64,000 bases of DNA, taken from NCBI GenBank assembly GCA_963809895.1, contig CAWELD010000003.1, positions 2,560,001 to 2,624,000 of the forward strand, given 5' to 3'. Shown one piece after another: positions 31,942-43,536 of the stretch; position 1 is the stretch's first letter, and each line of letters opens with the position of its first letter. The notes under the pieces were generated by a model. That model did not search any database, had not been told where the DNA came from, and was given only the letters and a program-made list of their open reading frames with translations. The stretch comes from an uncultured Gemmatimonadales bacterium. GTDB lineage: Bacteria > Gemmatimonadota > Gemmatimonadetes > Longimicrobiales > Gaopeijiaceae. Made by a program: the position numbers and the translations under genes.

Positions 31942-34234
31942 CCGACGCGGCGCTCGCGCTGGCCGCCTGGCGCGGCCTTCCCGACCCCTCGTGCGTCGTG
32001 GATCGCGCCGGGCGGATCCGGATTTCCAACCGGGCCTGGACCTCGCCGTCCTCGCCCATCGCAGCGCTGGCCGGCCGGTCGCTGGCGGTGGGTGACGACC
32101 TGCCCGCCGCGCTGGAGCGTTCCAGCGACCCCGGCGCCCATGCCCTGGCCCGGGCCGTGCGTGCCGCGCTGGCCCGGGACGACGAACGGACCGAGCTCTC
32201 TCTGGAGTTGTCCGGACAGCGGGGCTGCGGGGGCCGCTGTCGGGTCCTGGTGTCGGCCGTAGACGACGACCCCCCGGGTGCCATGGTCACGATGCGGGAG
32301 GCGGTGCGGGAGGATCCCGGCGACGGTGGCCGCCACCCACGAGGTCGACCTCGTGCGCCGTCTCCTGGATTCGGTGACCGACGGTTTCTTCGTCGCCGAT
32401 GCCCGCTCGGGACGGCTGGAGTACGTCTCGGAAGGACTGGTGGAGATCTGCGGTGTCTCACGGGCCGAGCTCGTGGGCAACCCCTGGAGCCTGCTGGACG
32501 CCGTGCACCCCATGGACCGCGACCGGGTCCGCTCGAACCTGTGGCGACAGGCGGACGGCACCTTCGACGAGTCCTTCAGGGTGATCCAACGCCGACGGAA
32601 GCGTCCGCTGGGTGCGGTCCCGGGCCTTCCCCTTACGTCCCGTGGACGACGGAGCGCCGGTCGAGCGCATCGCGGGGGTCGTCACGGACATCACCGCCCG
32701 TCGCGAGACGGAGGAGACGTTGCGCCGAAGCAGCGGCCGCTACCGGGCCATCTTCGAGTCCTCGGCGGTGGGCATGGCACTCCTGGGAGCCGACGCCAGG
32801 CTCCTGGAGGCCAACTCGGCGTTGCGAGCCCTCCTGGGATGGACCGACGGGGTGCCCGCCACGTCCCTCCTCGAGCTGCTGGACGAGCCGGACAGGGAGC
32901 AGGTGGCCCGACGACTTCCGTCACTGGCCCAGAACCTGGAGGAAGGCTGGACCCGGGAAACCCGTCTGCTGCGCAGGGACGGCGGTACGGTTCCGGTTCG
33001 GCTCAACATCTTCGGAGCGCACGCCGACGATCCGGTCGTGGGCATCCTCCTGGTGGAGGACATCTCCGAGCGTAGGCGCCTCGAGCAACAGCTGCAGCAG
33101 GCCCAGCGCATCGAGTCGGTGGGAAGGCTGGCCGGAGGCATCGCCCACGATTTCAACAACCTCGTCACCGTCATTCGCGGACACACCGACCTCCTGCTCG
33201 GCGAGCTCGACCCCGACGATCCGCTCCGCTCCGACCTGGAGGACATCCGGGCCGCAGGAGAGCGAGCCGCGGCCCTCACCGGTCAACTCCTGGCGTTCAG
33301 CCGCCGCAACGTGCTGCAGCCGCGCGTGCTGGATCTCAACCGGGTGGTGGACGACATGAAGGGGATCCTGGGACGGATCCTGGGCGAGGACATCCGCCTC
33401 CGCTTCGAGCAGGCCCAGGAGCTGGGGCTGGTGCGCGCGGACCCGGCCCAGATGGAGCAGATTCTGCTGAACCTGGTGGTGAACGCCCGCGACGCCATGC
33501 CCACGGGCGGCGAGCTGGCCGTCGCCACCTTCGACCGCGATCTGGACGACGACTTCGTCGAGAACCACCTGGGCAGCGTGAGCGGTCCCCACGTGGCGAT
33601 CCGCATCGCCGACACCGGCCACGGCATGGAACCCGACACCATGGCGCTCATCTTCGAGCCCTTCTTCACCACCAAGGAGCCCGGCAAGGGCACCGGGCTC
33701 GGTCTGGCCATGACCTACGGGATCGTCAAGCAGAGCGGTGGCTACATCGACGTGGAGAGCGCGCTGGACGAGGGCGCCACCTTCACGATCTATCTGCCCC
33801 TGGTCCAGGACGATGGTCCGGAGCGGGAAGCCGAGACGGAGCCCGTCGGCGACACGGAGGGCACCGAGACCATCCTGGTCGCCGAGGACGAGCCCCGGGT
33901 GCAGGCCCTGGCCCGCCGCATCCTCGAAGGAGAGGGCTACACGGTCCTCACTGCCGACTCGGGCCGCGCCGCGTTGGTCGCCGCGCGCGCCCACCCTGGC
34001 CCGATCCACCTGTTGGTCAGCGACGTCGTCATGCCCGGCATGGGCGGCAACGAGCTGGCGGAGCGCCTCCAGGCCGAGCGCCCGGCGCTCAAGGTGCTCT
34101 TCGTGTCGGGCTACACCGACGACGCGGTGGTGCGGCACGGAGTCTTCGAGCGGGAGATGCCGTTCCTGGGCAAGCCCTTCACGGCAGAGGAACTGGCCGT
34201 GACGGTGCGCCGGGTGCTGGACGAGAGGGCGTAG
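31938..34234 (+). CDS. PAS-domain hybrid histidine kinase with C-terminal receiver (frameshifts near 32316 and 32587)
   Basis: PAS/PAC segments spread over three frames, [35 protein letters not shown], receiver SDVVMP. Confidence 0.88.
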
Positions 34235-34237
34235 CGA

Positions 34238-35353
34238 CTAGCCGGCCGACGCCTCGTCCCGCCCCGGCTCGATGATGGCCTTGGTGACGGCCAGGGCCTC
34301 CACGTCGGCCAGGGCCTCGTTGGCCCCGTCCAGGCCGTAGCGCCGGCCGATGACGTCCCGGAACGGGAGCCGCTCACGGTGGCGGGCGAAGACCGCCAAC
34401 GCGCGCACCAGGTGCCGGAAGCGGGTGCCCCACTGTCCCCGGATGTCCAGGTGCTTGCGATTGAGCTGGGTGTGGGGATTGAAGGGTACCGTACCGGCGT
34501 CGGTGTAGTGTCCCGCCACCACGTAGGTGCCGCCGTCGCGCAGCAACCCCGTGGCCTCGGTGACCGCCGCCGGATTGCCGCTGGCCTCCAGCGCCACGTC
34601 GGCGCCCCGTCCTCCGGTGGCCTCCATCACCAAGGCCGCGCGCTCTTCTGCGCTCGTCTCCGAGAGGTCGAAGGTCCGGTCCACGCCCAGCCGCCGGGCC
34701 AGAGCCAGGCGCGACGCCGGCGCGCCGATGAGGAACACGCGGCCCGCCCCCCGCAGATTGGCGAACGCCGCGGCTGCGAGCCCTACCGGCCCTGCGCCCT
34801 GCACGACCACCGTGTCCCCCATGGCCAGCCCGCTCCTCTCCACCGCCGCGAACCCGGTGAAGAGCCCGCATCCCCCGCCGATGACGTCGTCGGAGGTGAG
34901 TCCGCCGGTGAGCTTCAGGATGCGCACTCCGGGCTTCAGGTAGAGCCGCTCGGCCCAGCCGCCCAGGGGCCCGTCGTGTGCCGAGTAGGTGATGCCGTAC
35001 ACCTTCCGGTGGGGACACCGGTTGGGCTGGTCGGACACCAGGCAGTGGTAGCAGTCCCCACAGACCTCGTGCACGTCCAGGAAGGTCACCAGGTCGCCCG
35101 GCGCCAGCGGCTCGCCCAGCGCGTCGCGCGTGACCCCCCGCGCCTCGACGATGCGGCCGACGCTCACATGCCCCGGAACGATGGGGTACGGTACGCCGGC
35201 CAGGCGGCCGTGGTGCAGATGCACGTCGGTGCCGCACACCTCCGAGGCCGTCACCTCCAGGAGCACGGCACCCTCCTCCAGGTCGGGGTCCGGAAGGCTC
35301 CAGATCTCCAGGGGCTCCCCGGGGGCGGTCATCACCGCGGCGCGAATGGTCAT
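34238..35353 (-). CDS. Zinc-binding medium-chain dehydrogenase
   Basis: CGTDVH, CGDCYHC...C, GAGPVG. Confidence 0.88.
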   Translation of the reverse strand: MTIRAAVMTAPGEPLEIWSLPDPDLEEGAVLLEVTASEVCGTDVHLHHGRLAGVPYPIVPGHVSVGRIVEARGVTRDALGEPLAPGDLVTFLDVHEVCGDCYHCLVSDQPNRCPHRKVYGITYSAHDGPLGGWAERLYLKPGVRILKLTGGLTSDDVIGGGCGLFTGFAAVERSGLAMGDTVVVQGAGPVGLAAAAFANLRGAGRVFLIGAPASRLALARRLGVDRTFDLSETSAEERAALVMEATGGRGADVALEASGNPAAVTEATGLLRDGGTYVVAGHYTDAGTVPFNPHTQLNRKHLDIRGQWGTRFRHLVRALAVFARHRERLPFRDVIGRRYGLDGANEALADVEALAVTKAIIEPGRDEASAG

Positions 35354-35384
35354 GGCATGGTCGGAATGAAGGGTAGGACCGGGC

Positions 35385-36321
35385 TCACTGGCACGGGGGC
35401 GCGTCGTAGGGTAGCCCGACGGGACCGGGGTTCACCAGAAGGCGGAAGGTCCGCACGAAGGCCGACCCGAAGAAGCCGGTGCCGTCACCCCGCACGCTGG
35501 GCACGCGCACCGTCCCGGACGGATTGAAGTTGCCGCCCCGCACCCAGTTCACGTAGTTGCGGTCCACCGCCGCCACGCTGGTCGTCGCCGCGGTCCCAGG
35601 CGCGAGTCCCTCCTGCAGGTACACGGCCAGGTCCCGGTCCAGATCGGCGCGGTCGAAGATCCCGAACTCCGCCGGGAACACCACCGTGGTGTCGGCGGCG
35701 GACACCGAGAGGCCCAGCAGATAGAGCGGCTCCTCGTCCACGGTGATCTCGGGGCCCAGGGCGTCGCGGAGTCCGAAGATCTCCGTCTCCGACAGGTACG
35801 CCCAGGCCCCGGGTGACGAGGTCCAACGCAACTCCAGGGTGCTGCGGGCGTTCCAGCACGCAGGCCGCGACGCCTGGACCGGGGGCGATCATCGTGATGG
35901 AGTCCGGCACCACCGTCGCCGCTTCCATGTGCTCGCCCTCGGGCGTGTCCACGGTGAGCTCCAGGCGCATGCCCGGCTCCAGATCGGGCGACAGCAGCAG
36001 GTAGCAGGTGCCTTGCCCGGCATCCGGGCCGGTGACGACACATTCGTTCACGGAGCGCTCCATGAGGCCCACCTCCGACCCGTCGGGAAAGCCGATGCGC
36101 ACCCGGGAGTTGGGAACCCCCCGAGCCTGGTATCCCACGGTACGATGCAGGAGCACGGTGACCGTGCCCCCGACGCCCACCGGCGATCCCAGCTGCACCA
36201 GGCCCTCCACCACCACCACGTCCTCCACCTCGGCCACGGTGATCTCCTGAAGCTCGCATCCCACGGCGGCCGCGAGCGCGGCGAGCGCAGGCAGCAACGT
36301 CATCGCCCGGCGCCGGCTCAT
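35385..36321 (-). CDS. DUF4249-like lipoprotein partner of the TonB receptor (frameshift near 35851)
   Basis: Lipobox AVGC, VVVEG, C-terminal SVRGDGTGFFGS; overlaps receptor stop. Confidence 0.7.
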
Positions 36322-38681
36322 CGGAAGCGCACCTCGACCCCCAGGGTCGGCAGGAGGGGGAACATGGAGATGCCGGCCCGCCGCGGCGGGTCCTCGTCGA
36401 GCTCGTAGAAGTAGAAGAGCACGTTCCTGCGGTTGTAGAGATTGAGCAGATCCAGGTGCGGCGTCAGCACGCCCCATCCGTATTCGAAGGTCTTGCGGAG
36501 CGTGAGGTCCAGCCGGTGGTAGGTGGGATACCGGGATCCGTTGCGATCGCCGAGGAGCACGGCGTACCCGCCCTGGTCGTCCTCCTCACCGGTCCAGGAG
36601 AAGCGTCCGCCACCCCGCAGGAAGCGGGGCTGGTAGGCCGCGTAGCTCGCGACCGGGCGCGTGTACGGAACCCCGGTGCCCACGTTCAGCCGCGTGCCGG
36701 CCTCCCAACCGCCGGGGAAGGGAAAGCGGAGCACCAGGTCCACGTCCAATCGTCGATCGAAGATCGGCGCATAGGTCACCTCGGGCGGCACCGGATCCGG
36801 GGCCAGTGGATCCGGGAAGGTCCGCGTGGCCTTGAGGAAGGACAGGGCGAGCCAGCCGCTGACGTCGTGACCCGAGCGACGCACCAGGAGATCGGCACCC
36901 CACGACGTGCCCCGGCCGCGGAGAACGTCGTCCAGCTCCGTGTTCGGATCGTCACCACCGTTGACCGACACCACCCCGTCGAAGCGGCGCAGGTACGCCT
37001 CGAGGGCGAAGGTCCAATCCTCGACGGCGTACGTCTCGACACCCACCTGGTACTGGTCCGAGACCACGTGGGGCGCGCGGGCGCCGGCCAGGATCCACAC
37101 GTCGAGCCCCAGGGGAAGCTCCTCGTCCCGTAGCGAGTGCATGAACTGCGCGTAGCGACCCACCGACGCCTTCACGGCCCAGTCGGCATCGCCGAAGAAC
37201 CACTTGGCCGCCAGGCGCGGCTGCGCCTCGGACACGGTCTCGCCCCGGTCGGGACTCCAGTGGTCCAGGCGCAGGCCGGTCTCCATCAACCACCGTCCGG
37301 GCCAGCCCCAGTTCGCCTGCAGATAGGCCCCCACGAGGTCGCCGGTCCCCCTTCCCCGACTGAAGTCCGTGCCGCCGGTGCGGGCGAGGTTGTCGTAACC
37401 GAGATGCTCCAGCTGGATCCCGCCTCCGAGCTCGAGCCAGGCCAGCGCCTCCACCTCGACGTCGGTGGCCACGCGGCCCTGGGTGAGGGCGCTCCGGAAC
37501 TCCGTGTCGTCGAAATCCGGAAAGACCAGGCCCGTGGCGAAACGCGTCCACGCCGCCGAGGTGGACCACGTGCCGCGCGCCAGGTCGCGTTCCCAACTGA
37601 GGCCCACGGCGTCGTTCCCCCAATCCCAGTCGAGTCGCAGCGGGAAGTCCTCGTCGTCCAGGCGGGTCAGGTCCAGCACGTCGGCCCCGGTGTAGGCCGT
37701 GACGCGCAGGTGGTCGCGCTCCCCCAGGCCCGCGTCGAGCACGCCCTGCAGATCGGCGAGATGATAGGGAAAGTCGAAAAAGGGCCGCAGGATCTGGTCG
37801 AAGTACGAGCGGCGGCCGGACACGCGCCAGCGGAGGCTGCTCAGCCCCAGCGCGTCCCGCACCCCCGCCGAGGCGCCGCCCGCCACCGAGACGCGCGCCG
37901 CCAGCAGGGACACGCCTCCGTCCACGGCCAGGTGGCCGGGCCCGGGATCCGCCGTCACCTCCAGCACCGACGAGACCCTGCCGCCGTAGCGCGCCGGGAA
38001 ACCGCCGGACTGCAGCTCGACCCGCTCCACCATGTCGGCGTTGAACACCGAGAACAGTCCGCCCAGGTGGAAGGGGCTGACGATGGGCACGCCGTCGAGC
38101 AGGATGAGATTCTGGTCCTGCGAGCCTCCGCGCACGTGGAAGGTCGACGAGAAGTCGGAGGTCGACACCACGCCCGGAAGCACCTCCACCGCGCGCAACG
38201 GGTCCGCCTCGGCGACCCCGGGGACCAGCTTGAGCTCCTCGCTGGACAGCTCCCTCGCGGTGACGCCCGCTTCCTCTTCGAAGCGGGTCCTCTCGCGGCT
38301 GCGCTCGGCCTCCACGCGCACGCCTTCCAGCGCCACCGGCGCCTGCTGGAGCACGAGCTCCACGCGCGTCGTCTCGCCGGCGCGAACGGTCACCAGGCGT
38401 GACAGCTCCGCGAATCCCAGGCGCTGCACACGCACGGTGTACCGGCCGGCGGCAAGCCCCTGCACGGCGAAGGCACCGACGGAGTCCGTCTCCACGGTGG
38501 CCACGGCGCGGGCCTGGTGCATCACGCTGACCGCCGCGGCGAACACGGGAGCCTCTCCATCGGTCACCACGCCCTCCACAGCGCCGGGCGCCTGGGCCGC
38601 GGCCGGTGCTCCCAGGACGAGGAGCGCCAGCAGCGTCGCACCCGCGCCGCCGGTGCGCGGAGGGCCCGGCATGGTTACCAT
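36318..38681 (-). CDS. TonB-dependent receptor with N-terminal carboxypeptidase-regulatory-like domain
   Basis: Signal peptide, plug FHVRGGSQDQNLILLDG, YHRLDL, NLYNRRN, C-terminal strand ending VRFR. Confidence 0.9.
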   Translation of the reverse strand: MVTMPGPPRTGGAGATLLALLVLGAPAAAQAPGAVEGVVTDGEAPVFAAAVSVMHQARAVATVETDSVGAFAVQGLAAGRYTVRVQRLGFAELSRLVTVRAGETTRVELVLQQAPVALEGVRVEAERSRERTRFEEEAGVTARELSSEELKLVPGVAEADPLRAVEVLPGVVSTSDFSSTFHVRGGSQDQNLILLDGVPIVSPFHLGGLFSVFNADMVERVELQSGGFPARYGGRVSSVLEVTADPGPGHLAVDGGVSLLAARVSVAGGASAGVRDALGLSSLRWRVSGRRSYFDQILRPFFDFPYHLADLQGVLDAGLGERDHLRVTAYTGADVLDLTRLDDEDFPLRLDWDWGNDAVGLSWERDLARGTWSTSAAWTRFATGLVFPDFDDTEFRSALTQGRVATDVEVEALAWLELGGGIQLEHLGYDNLARTGGTDFSRGRGTGDLVGAYLQANWGWPGRWLMETGLRLDHWSPDRGETVSEAQPRLAAKWFFGDADWAVKASVGRYAQFMHSLRDEELPLGLDVWILAGARAPHVVSDQYQVGVETYAVEDWTFALEAYLRRFDGVVSVNGGDDPNTELDDVLRGRGTSWGADLLVRRSGHDVSGWLALSFLKATRTFPDPLAPDPVPPEVTYAPIFDRRLDVDLVLRFPFPGGWEAGTRLNVGTGVPYTRPVASYAAYQPRFLRGGGRFSWTGEEDDQGGYAVLLGDRNGSRYPTYHRLDLTLRKTFEYGWGVLTPHLDLLNLYNRRNVLFYFYELDEDPPRRAGISMFPLLPTLGVEVRFR

Positions 38682-38731
38682 CACCGCCTCTTCGGTCTGC
38701 TCTTCGTCATTGACTCCACCTCCTGAATCTC

Positions 38732-39733
38732 ATGGACCTGGACGATCTGCGCGAGCGCATCCGGGCGCTCCCACGCACGCGGCTGGCATCGCTCCCCACG
38801 ACCCTCCGACGCGCCCCCCGCCTGCGGGCGGCGCTGGGGCCGGAGACGCCCGACCTCCTCCTCAAGCTGGACGGGGAGACCGGGTTCGCCCTGGGGGGCA
38901 ACAAGGTACGCAAGCTGGAGTACGAGCTGGCCCCCCACCGGCTGACCGACGTCACCCATCTCATCACCACCGGCGGACCGCAGTCGAACCACGCCCGCGT
39001 CACGGCCGCCGCCGCCGCGCGCATGGGCCTGGGGTGCGTCCTGGTCGTCAATGGCGTGGCACCGGACCCACCCACGGGGAATGCGCTCCTGCACCGGCTA
39101 CTCGGAGCCCACCTCCGCACCGTCTCCTCCAGGACGGAACGAGCCCCCGCCATGGCCGAGGCCGCCGCGGAGATCGCCGAGGCCGGCGGACGCGCCCTGG
39201 TGATCCCGCTGGGCGCATCCACCCCCGACGGCGCGTTGGGATACCTGGCGGCGGCGCTGGAGCTTCACGACCAGCTCCCGCCCCAGTCGGACCGCTCCGT
39301 CCACGTCTTCCTGGCCAGCTCGTCGGCGGGCACCCTGGCGGGTCTGCTGGCGGGATTCGCGCTCCTGGAGCGGACGGACCTCAACCTGGTGGCGGTGAGC
39401 GCGGACACGCCCCGCGCCGACCTTCTCGACCGAGCCAGGGACCTCGCCGCCGGTGCCCTCAACCGGCTCGGCGTACCCGGCGGGTTGCTGGAGCGCATGG
39501 AGGCGCGCCTGGACGCCACCGACGACGAGGTCGGCGAGGGCTACGCCATCCCCACCGAGGCGTCGCGCGAAGCCATGGAGCTGCTGGCTCGCAGCGAGGG
39601 GGAGATCCTGGATCCGGTCTACACCAGCAAGGCCGCCGCCGGCATGGTGCGGTGGATCCGTGAAGGGCGTTTCCCCGCCGGCGACCGGGTCGTCTTCTGG
39701 CACACCGGCGGCCAGCCGGGGCTGTTCGCGTGA
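38732..39733 (+). CDS. D-cysteine desulfhydrase-like PLP enzyme (ACC deaminase family)
   Basis: GGNKVRKL, QSNHAR, LDPVYTSK, WHTGG; Thr residues where ACC deaminases have Glu/Leu. Confidence 0.85.
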   Translation: MDLDDLRERIRALPRTRLASLPTTLRRAPRLRAALGPETPDLLLKLDGETGFALGGNKVRKLEYELAPHRLTDVTHLITTGGPQSNHARVTAAAAARMGLGCVLVVNGVAPDPPTGNALLHRLLGAHLRTVSSRTERAPAMAEAAAEIAEAGGRALVIPLGASTPDGALGYLAAALELHDQLPPQSDRSVHVFLASSSAGTLAGLLAGFALLERTDLNLVAVSADTPRADLLDRARDLAAGALNRLGVPGGLLERMEARLDATDDEVGEGYAIPTEASREAMELLARSEGEILDPVYTSKAAAGMVRWIREGRFPAGDRVVFWHTGGQPGLFA

Positions 39734-39752
39734 GGGACCGCGGAGTACGACG

Positions 39753-40121
39753 CTACGCAGGAGGGTCGGGATTGCCCGCGGGGACTCCGAAGAGCAGCAG
39801 GCCGGCCCCGAGCATCATGAGGGGCGCCACGCTCAGAAGCCGGAAGGCGCCGGGCGCCCCCACGAAGACCAGCCCCACCGGCACCAGCGAGATGAAGCCC
39901 ACGATGACCGTGACCAGGGGAGCGTGGCGAAAGGTCGCCACCGCCCCGGACCACGCCACGCCGGTGAAGAGCGCCGCCGCCACCCACGCAGGGGGGCCGC
40001 CGCTGCCCATGTCGGCCAGGCCTCCCGGACCCGCTGGAGGAAAGAAGGCCAGCCGGATCCAGAGCCAGGTGGACAGGGCCGCGCTGACGAACGCCAGCAT
40101 TCGAGCCAGGAAGGTGCGCAT
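39753..40121 (-). CDS. Small membrane hypothetical protein
   Basis: About four hydrophobic helices; fills the gap between flanking genes. Confidence 0.55.
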   Translation of the reverse strand: MRTFLARMLAFVSAALSTWLWIRLAFFPPAGPGGLADMGSGGPPAWVAAALFTGVAWSGAVATFRHAPLVTVIVGFISLVPVGLVFVGAPGAFRLLSVAPLMMLGAGLLLFGVPAGNPDPPA

Positions 40122-40124
40122 CCG

Positions 40125-42594
40125 ATGCATGTCCTGAAGGTCGTTCTGCGCGTTCGTGGGGACCACCCCCGCCGGAGAGCCCTCGCAACCCGGCTCCTGG
40201 CCGCGGCCGCGGTGACCGCCCTGCTCGCCTGCGGCTCTCCGCCGGCAGCCACCTACCCCGGCGGCGGTGTCTCCGGCCCCGGCGGCCCTGCCCCTGGTGC
40301 CCTTGCCCGCTCACCTGGAACGGGGTGAGGGCGCGTTGGCGCTCACGGTGTCCACCGGCGTGGTCCTGGACCCGGATACCCCGGAGCTCCGGGATGCGGC
40401 GCGCACCGTGGTGGCCGGGATGCGGGTGCGCACCGCGCTCCCGCTGCCGTTCCGGGAGCCCGACGACGCCCGGCCCGGCGACGTCCGCGTGCGCCTCACG
40501 GGCGGCACTCCCGACGTGACGGGGCTCGGCCTGACCCCGACCCGTCCGGGACGCTGGAGCGAGGCCTATGCGCTACGGGTCACCCGCGAGGGCGCCCTCC
40601 TGGAAGCCGAGGCGGTGCCGGGCGTGCTCGAGGGCCTGCGCACCCTCGACCAGCTCGACGACGGCACCCGCCGCGTGCCCGCGGTCTCCATCGACGACGC
40701 CCCGCGCTTCTCCTACCGGGGAGTCCACCTCGACGTGGCGCGGCACTACTTCCCGGTGGAGTTCGTGCTCCGCTACGTCGACCTGCTCGCCCGCTACAAG
40801 CTCAACACCTTTCACTGGCACCTCACCGACGATCAGGGCTGGCGCATCGAGATCCGACGCTACCCCCGCCTCACCCGGGTCGGCGGCTTCCGGAAGCAGA
40901 CGCTGGTGGGGCGCGCGGGTCGCTCGGACACCTACGACGGCGTGTCCTATGGCGGCTACTACACGCAGGCCGAGATACGGCGGGTGGTGGCGTACGCCGC
41001 CCAGCGGGGGATCACGGTGATTCCCGAGATCGAGATGCCGGGGCACGCGCGGGCCGCGCTGGCGGCCTATCCCGAGCTGGCGTGCACCCCCGGTCCCTTC
41101 ACGGTGGCCACGACGTGGGGTGTCTTCCCGGAGATCTTCTGCCCCTCGGAGGTCACCTTCCGCTTCCTGGAGAACGTACTCGACGAGGTGATGGAGCTCT
41201 TTCCGTCGGAGTACATCCACATCGGCGGCGACGAGGCTCCCAAGGCCGCGTGGGAAGCCAGCCCGCTGGCGCAGGAGGTCATGCGCCGCGAAGGGCTGGC
41301 CGACGAGGCGGAGCTGCAGAGCTGGTTCGTGCGTCGCATCGAGGGCTACCTGCGGGACCACGGCCGTCGTCTGGTGGGATGGGACGAGATCCTGGAGGGC
41401 GGGCTGGCGCCCCAGGCCACCGTCATGTCCTGGCGAGGCGAGGCCGGCGGAATCGAGGCGGCCCGGCAGGGGCACGACGTCATCATGACCCCCAATCCCG
41501 TCGCCTACCTGGACCACTATCAGGGCGACCCCGAGCACGAGCCGCTGGCCATCGGCGGCTACACGCCCCTGGAGGAGGTCTACGCCTGGGAGCCCGTGCC
41601 CGCCGAGCTCACCGGCGACGAGACACGTCACGTCCTGGGCGCGCAGGGCAACATGTGGACCGAGTACATGGCCAGCGGCAGCCACGTGGAGTACATGCTC
41701 TTTCCGAGGCTGCTGGCGCTGAGCGAGGTCTTGTGGTCTCCCCGCGACAGCCGCGATCTCGAGGGATTCCGGGCCCGCGTGTCCGGCCCTCTGGCCTGGC
41801 TCGGCGCCCACGGGGTGGATTTCCGCATCCCCGAGCCGGTGGGGCTGGGCGGGGCGTCCGACGCTCCTCCGGCCCAGTCGGGCGTCACCACCCGTCTCGT
41901 GCTGGGCGAGAGGATCCGGCTGGCTCCCCGAAGCCTCGTCCGGGGCGGCCGCGTGCTGGTGACGCTGGACGGCTCGGAGCCCGACACCTCCACCGCGCCG
42001 TGGCGAGGCGCGCGCGAGGTCGCGATCCCCGCCGACGGGCTCACGGTCACGGGGCGGGTACTCCTGCCCGACGGGCGCCTCGGCCCGGTGCGGGCCGTCC
42101 ACCTGCGCACCGCCGAGCTGCGTCCGGCCAGCCCCGACCCCGGGGGACTCACGCCGGGCCTCCGCTGGCAGGCGGTGGCGGCCGAAGGGGTCGAGAGCGT
42201 GGACGAGCTCGCCGACGGACCGCCACTGGCCTCCGGCACCACGGGCCGGGTCGCGGTGCCGGAGGGACTCCCGAACGACGCGCCCTTCGGTGTGCGCTAC
42301 ACGGGATGGATCCGGGTCCCCGACGACGGCATCTACACCTTCCATGTCACCTCCGACGACGGCTCGGCGCTACGGGTCGACGACGAGGTGGTCGTGGACA
42401 ACGACGGGCCGCACGGCGCGCAGGAGCGCACCGGCCAGGTGGCGCTACAGGCCGGCCTCCACCGGCTGTCGCTGCTCTACTTCCAGGCCGGAGGCGGCCT
42501 CGCCCTCGAGCTGTCCGTCACCCCGCCCGGCGGAGCGCGCACAGATCCGTCCGGCTGGCTCCTGAGCACGGGAGCGGGTGGAGCGCGTCCTTGA
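40125..42594 (+). CDS. GH20 beta-N-acetylhexosaminidase with PA14 domain, lipoprotein (frameshift near 40258)
   Basis: RGVHLDVARH, HWHLTDDQGWR, HIGGDEA, C-terminal SDDGS PA14; lipobox LLAC in the upstream frame. Confidence 0.9.
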
Positions 42595-43532
42595 GCGCAC
42601 CGGAGCTCGTGCTGCTGGCGGCGGGGCTCTCCACCCGCTTCGGCCGCCCCAAGCAGCTCGAGCCCGTGGGACCGGGCGGCGAGTCGCTGGTGGCCTACAC
42701 CGTGGTGGACGCCCTCAGGGCCGGGTTCAGTCGCGTCGTCCTGGTCACCAACCCGGAGAGCCCGGAGCTCGAGTCCGGCCTGCGGGACCATCTGGAGACG
42801 GTCCTGGCACCGGGGCTGCCCCTCGCGTGGGTGCATCAGCGGCTCGACGCCCTGCCGGCGGGCCACGCGGTGCCCGCCGGACGCACACGACCGTGGGGGA
42901 CCGCCCAGGCGCTGCTGGCGGCGGCGCCGCTGTTGACGGGCCCTTTCGGGGTGGCCAACGCCGACGACTGGTACGGACCGGAAGCACTGGTGGCCCTGGC
43001 CGAGGCGCTGCCACGAACGGGCCCCGACGAGGGCGTCCTGGTGACCTGGCGCATGGCCGACACGCTCTCGCGTCACGGGGGCGTGTCGCGGGGGGTGGTG
43101 AACGTCTCCGGGAACCGGGTGACCGGGGTGACGGAGGTGCTGGACGTGCGCGCGGACCCCCGTCGAGGAGGCCGTCTGGTGGGCCGCACGGTGGCCGGAC
43201 GGACGCTGGAGGTGGCCCCGGACGCGCGGGCCTCCATGAATCTGTGGGGGCTGCCCGCGGCGGCGCTGGAGGCGCTGGCCCGGGACTTCCGCCGCTTCCT
43301 CGAGGTCCACGGCGCGGAGGTCGACGCCGAGTTCCCGCTGAGCAGCGCCCTGGACGCCCTGGTCGCGGACGGCCGGCTCACCCTGGAGGCGCTGCCCGAA
43401 GGCCGGCGTTGGTTCGGGATCACCTTCGCGCCGGACCGCGACGTGGTGCGGGCCCGCCTCGCCGCCCTGCACGCCGACGGTACCTATCCGACACCCCTGG
43501 CCCGGGCCCTCCCCTCACCGGATTCGGAGTGA
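42591..43532 (+). CDS. Sugar-1-phosphate nucleotidyltransferase
   Basis: LAAGLSTRFGRPKQ, PWGTAQA, NADDWYG, SMNLWG, WFGIT; TTG start overlapping GH20 stop. Confidence 0.85.
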   Translation: MSAPELVLLAAGLSTRFGRPKQLEPVGPGGESLVAYTVVDALRAGFSRVVLVTNPESPELESGLRDHLETVLAPGLPLAWVHQRLDALPAGHAVPAGRTRPWGTAQALLAAAPLLTGPFGVANADDWYGPEALVALAEALPRTGPDEGVLVTWRMADTLSRHGGVSRGVVNVSGNRVTGVTEVLDVRADPRRGGRLVGRTVAGRTLEVAPDARASMNLWGLPAAALEALARDFRRFLEVHGAEVDAEFPLSSALDALVADGRLTLEALPEGRRWFGITFAPDRDVVRARLAALHADGTYPTPLARALPSPDSE

Positions 43533-43536
43533 CACC

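Noticed and set aside
38732..39733. ACC deaminase call
   Set aside because: Has YTSK and HTGG rather than the YEGK and HLGG of true ACC deaminases
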